Positions 61,601 through 64,000 of a stretch of 64,000 nt of DNA are shown in pieces; position 1 is the stretch's first letter; each line of letters starts with the position of its first letter. The position numbers were made by a program, and so were the translations under genes. The notes below the pieces were generated by a model that saw nothing but the letters and a program-made list of their open reading frames with translations, was not told the DNA's origin and did no database searches. The DNA lies in the NCBI GenBank assembly GCA_964016885.1, contig OZ024756.1, forward strand, positions 42,904,001 to 42,968,000. Direction: 5' to 3'. Source of the DNA: Eledone cirrhosa (lineage: Eukaryota).

Positions 61601-64000
61601 CAACTAGAGACAGACATTGGACACACTAGAGACAGACATTGGACACACACTAGAGACAGACATTGGACACACACTAGAGACAGACAATGGACACACACCA
61701 GAGACAGACATTGGACACACACCAGAGACAGACATTGGACACACACTAGAGACAGACATTGGACACACACCAGAGACAGACATTGGACACACACTAGAGA
61801 CAGACATTGGACACACACACTAGAGACAGACATTGGACACACACACTAGGGACAGACATTGGAGACACACTAGATACAGACATTGGACACACACTAGAGA
61901 CAGACATTGGACACACACTAGAGACAGACATTGGACACACTAGAGACAGACATTGGTCACACACTAGAGACAGACATTGGACACACACTAGAGACAGACA
62001 TTAGACACACACTAGAGACAGACATTGGACACACACTAGAGACAGACATTGGACACACACTAGAGACAGACATTGGACACACACACTAGAGACAGACATT
62101 GGACACACACCAGAGACAGAAATTGGAGACACAGTAAAGACAGATATTGGACACGCACTAGAGACAGACATTGGACACACTAGAGACAGACATTGGACAC
62201 ACACTAGAGACAGACATTGGACACACACTAGAGACAGACATTGGACACACACTAGAGACAGATATTGGACACACACTAGAGACAGACATTGGACACACAT
62301 TAGAGACAGACATTGGACACACACTAGAGACAGACATTGGACACACACTAGAGACAGACATTGGACACACACTAGAGACAGACATTGGACACACACCAGA
62401 GTCAGATATTGGACACACACACTAGTGAAAGACATTGGATACACAAAAGAGACAGACATTAGACACACACCAGAGACAGACATTGGACACACACCAGTGA
62501 CAGACATTTGACACACACTAGAGACAGACATTGGACACACACTAGAGACAGACATTGGACACACACTAGAGACAGACATTGGACACACACTAGAGAAAAA
62601 CATTTGACACACACTAGAGACAGACATTGGACACACACACTAGAGACAGACATTGGACACACACTAGAGACAGATATTAGACACACACTAGAGACAGACA
62701 TTGGACACACACACTAGAGACAGACATTAGACACACACTAGAGACAGACATTGGACACACACACTAGGGACAGACATTGGAGACACACTAGGTACAGACA
62801 TTGGACACACACTAGAGACAGACATTGGACACACTTTAGAGACAGACACTGGACACACACTAGAGACAGACATCGGACACACACACTAGAGACAGACATT
62901 GGACACACACACTAGAGACAGACATTGGACACACACTAGAGACAGACATTGGACACCAACTAGAGACAGACATTGGACACACTAGAGACAGACATTGGAC
63001 ACACACTAGAGACAGACATTGGACACACACTAGAGACAGACAATGGACACACACCAGAGACAGACATTGGACACACACCAGAGACAGACATTGGACACAC
63101 ACTAGAGACAGACATTGGACACACACACTAGAGACAGACATTGGACACACACACTAGGGTCAGACATTGGAGACACACTAGATACAGACATTGGACACAC
63201 ACCAGAGACAGACATTGGACACAAACCAGAGACAGACATTGGACACACACTAGAGACAGACATTGGACACACACCAAAGACAGACATTGGACACACACAA
63301 GAGACAGACATTGGACACACACTAGAGACAGACATTGGACACACACTAGAGACAGACATTGGACACACTAGAGACAGACATTGGTCACACACTAGAGACA
63401 GACATTGGACACACACTAGAGACAGACATTAGACACACACTAGAGACAGACATTGGACACACACTAGAGACAGACATTGGACACACACTAGAGACAGACA
63501 TTGGACACACATTAGAGACAGACGTTGGACACACATTAGAGACAGACATTGGACACACACTAGAGACAGACATTGGACACACACTAGAGACAGACATTGG
63601 ACACACTAGAGACAGACATTGGACACACTAGTGACAACATTGGACATACACACTAGAGACAGACATTGGACACACACATTAGAGACAGACATTGGACACA
63701 CACTAGAGACAGACATTGGACACACACTAGAGATAGACATTGGACACACATTAGAGACAGACATTGGACACACACGCTAGAGACAGACATTGGACACACA
63801 TACTAGAGACAGACATTGGACACACACTAGAGACAGACATTGGATACACACTAGAGACAGACATTGGACACACTAGAGACAGACATTGGGCACACACTAG
63901 AGACTGACATTGGACACACACTAGGGAAAGACATTGGAGACACTAGAGACAGACATTGGACACACACACTAGTGACAGACATTGGACACACACTAGAGAC
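58650..64000. repeat. ~3.3-3.4 kb higher-order period (dimer of two ~1.4 and ~1.9 kb subunits), second copy truncated by the window end
   Basis: Offset 3335 for GGAGACACAGTAAAG 58790/62125, GGACACCAAC 59616/62951 and CTAGGGTCAG 59819/63154. GTGACAACATTGG occurs at 60224/63631. Confidence 0.85.

Larger units (their letters stand above)
1..64000. repeat. Tandem satellite / very long minisatellite array, 24-bp monomer CTAGAGACAGACATTGGACACACA (22- and 26-bp CA-slippage variants), single orientation, extends past both window ends
   Basis: The monomer is read directly from base 1 to 64000 with no interrupting unique sequence. Consensus composition on + is 10 A, 6 C, 5 G, 3 T. The ORF track shows only the 8-aa periodic translations of this monomer. 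Confidence 0.99.

Noticed and set aside
1-64000. Hundreds of ORFs encoding (LETDIGHT)n, (TRDRHWTH)n, (MSVSSVCP)n or (VCVQCLSL)n, up to 371 aa (31552-32667)
   Set aside because: A 24-bp unit with a single TAG per strand (the CTAG palindrome) leaves two frames open on each strand automatically. The 22/26-bp monomers shift frame every few hundred bases, there are no unique N- or C-terminal domains, and + strand starts are merely the TTG in the repeat.
1-64000. CRISPR array (repeat length in the CRISPR range)
   Set aside because: Monomers are directly adjacent, with no unique spacers, leader or cas genes.
1-64000. Telomerase-made long telomeric repeat (the - strand is TG-rich and the unit length resembles the 23-25 bp repeats of some budding yeasts)
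   Set aside because: The length of at least 64 kb and the kb-scale inherited variant patterns indicate recombination or duplication rather than templated addition of one unit, and there are no G-runs. A subtelomeric location cannot be excluded without scaffold context.
1-64000. Rolling-circle, MDA or primer-concatemer artefact, or synthetic DNA
   Set aside because: There are no inversions and no single fixed period. Nested duplications of different ages and spatially clustered alleles fit natural evolution. Individual near-identical duplications still need read support.
1-64000. Frequent CTAG>CCAG variant resembling bacterial Dcm/Vsr very-short-patch repair bias
   Set aside because: The context is CCAGA, not CCWGG. 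The variant is inherited in HOR blocks, and nothing else suggests a bacterial origin.
1-64000. G-quadruplex, hairpin or Z-DNA forming potential
   Set aside because: There is only one GG per monomer, the only palindrome is the 4-bp CTAG, and the CA tracts are only about 3-5 units long.

Overview
The whole 64 kb window is one uninterrupted, head-to-tail tandem array (satellite or very long minisatellite). The monomer is 24 bp, consensus CTAGAGACAGACATTGGACACACA, giving about 2,700 monomers by simple division. Common 22- and 26-bp length variants differ by one CA in the terminal (CA)n tract. I see no unique flanking DNA, inversion, gene, RNA gene, transposon or CRISPR spacer. All ORFs in the track are artefacts of the 24-bp period (LETDIGHT and TRDRHWTH on +, MSVSSVCP and VCVQCLSL on -). 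The informative signal lies in the variant monomers. Linked variants recur in a fixed order, revealing an ancestral higher-order repeat (HOR) of roughly 1.3-1.9 kb. Superimposed on it are near-identical recent duplications (about 4.05 kb, 0.70 kb, 5.02-5.10 kb, 1.47 kb, 2.69 kb and 3.34 kb), locally clustered alleles, one duplication breakpoint that maps to a 7-bp CA tract, and one ~0.45 kb patch apparently copied from ~27 kb away. A eukaryotic origin is most plausible (inference). I cannot assign the organism or a named satellite family, and I found no evidence of a coding system.
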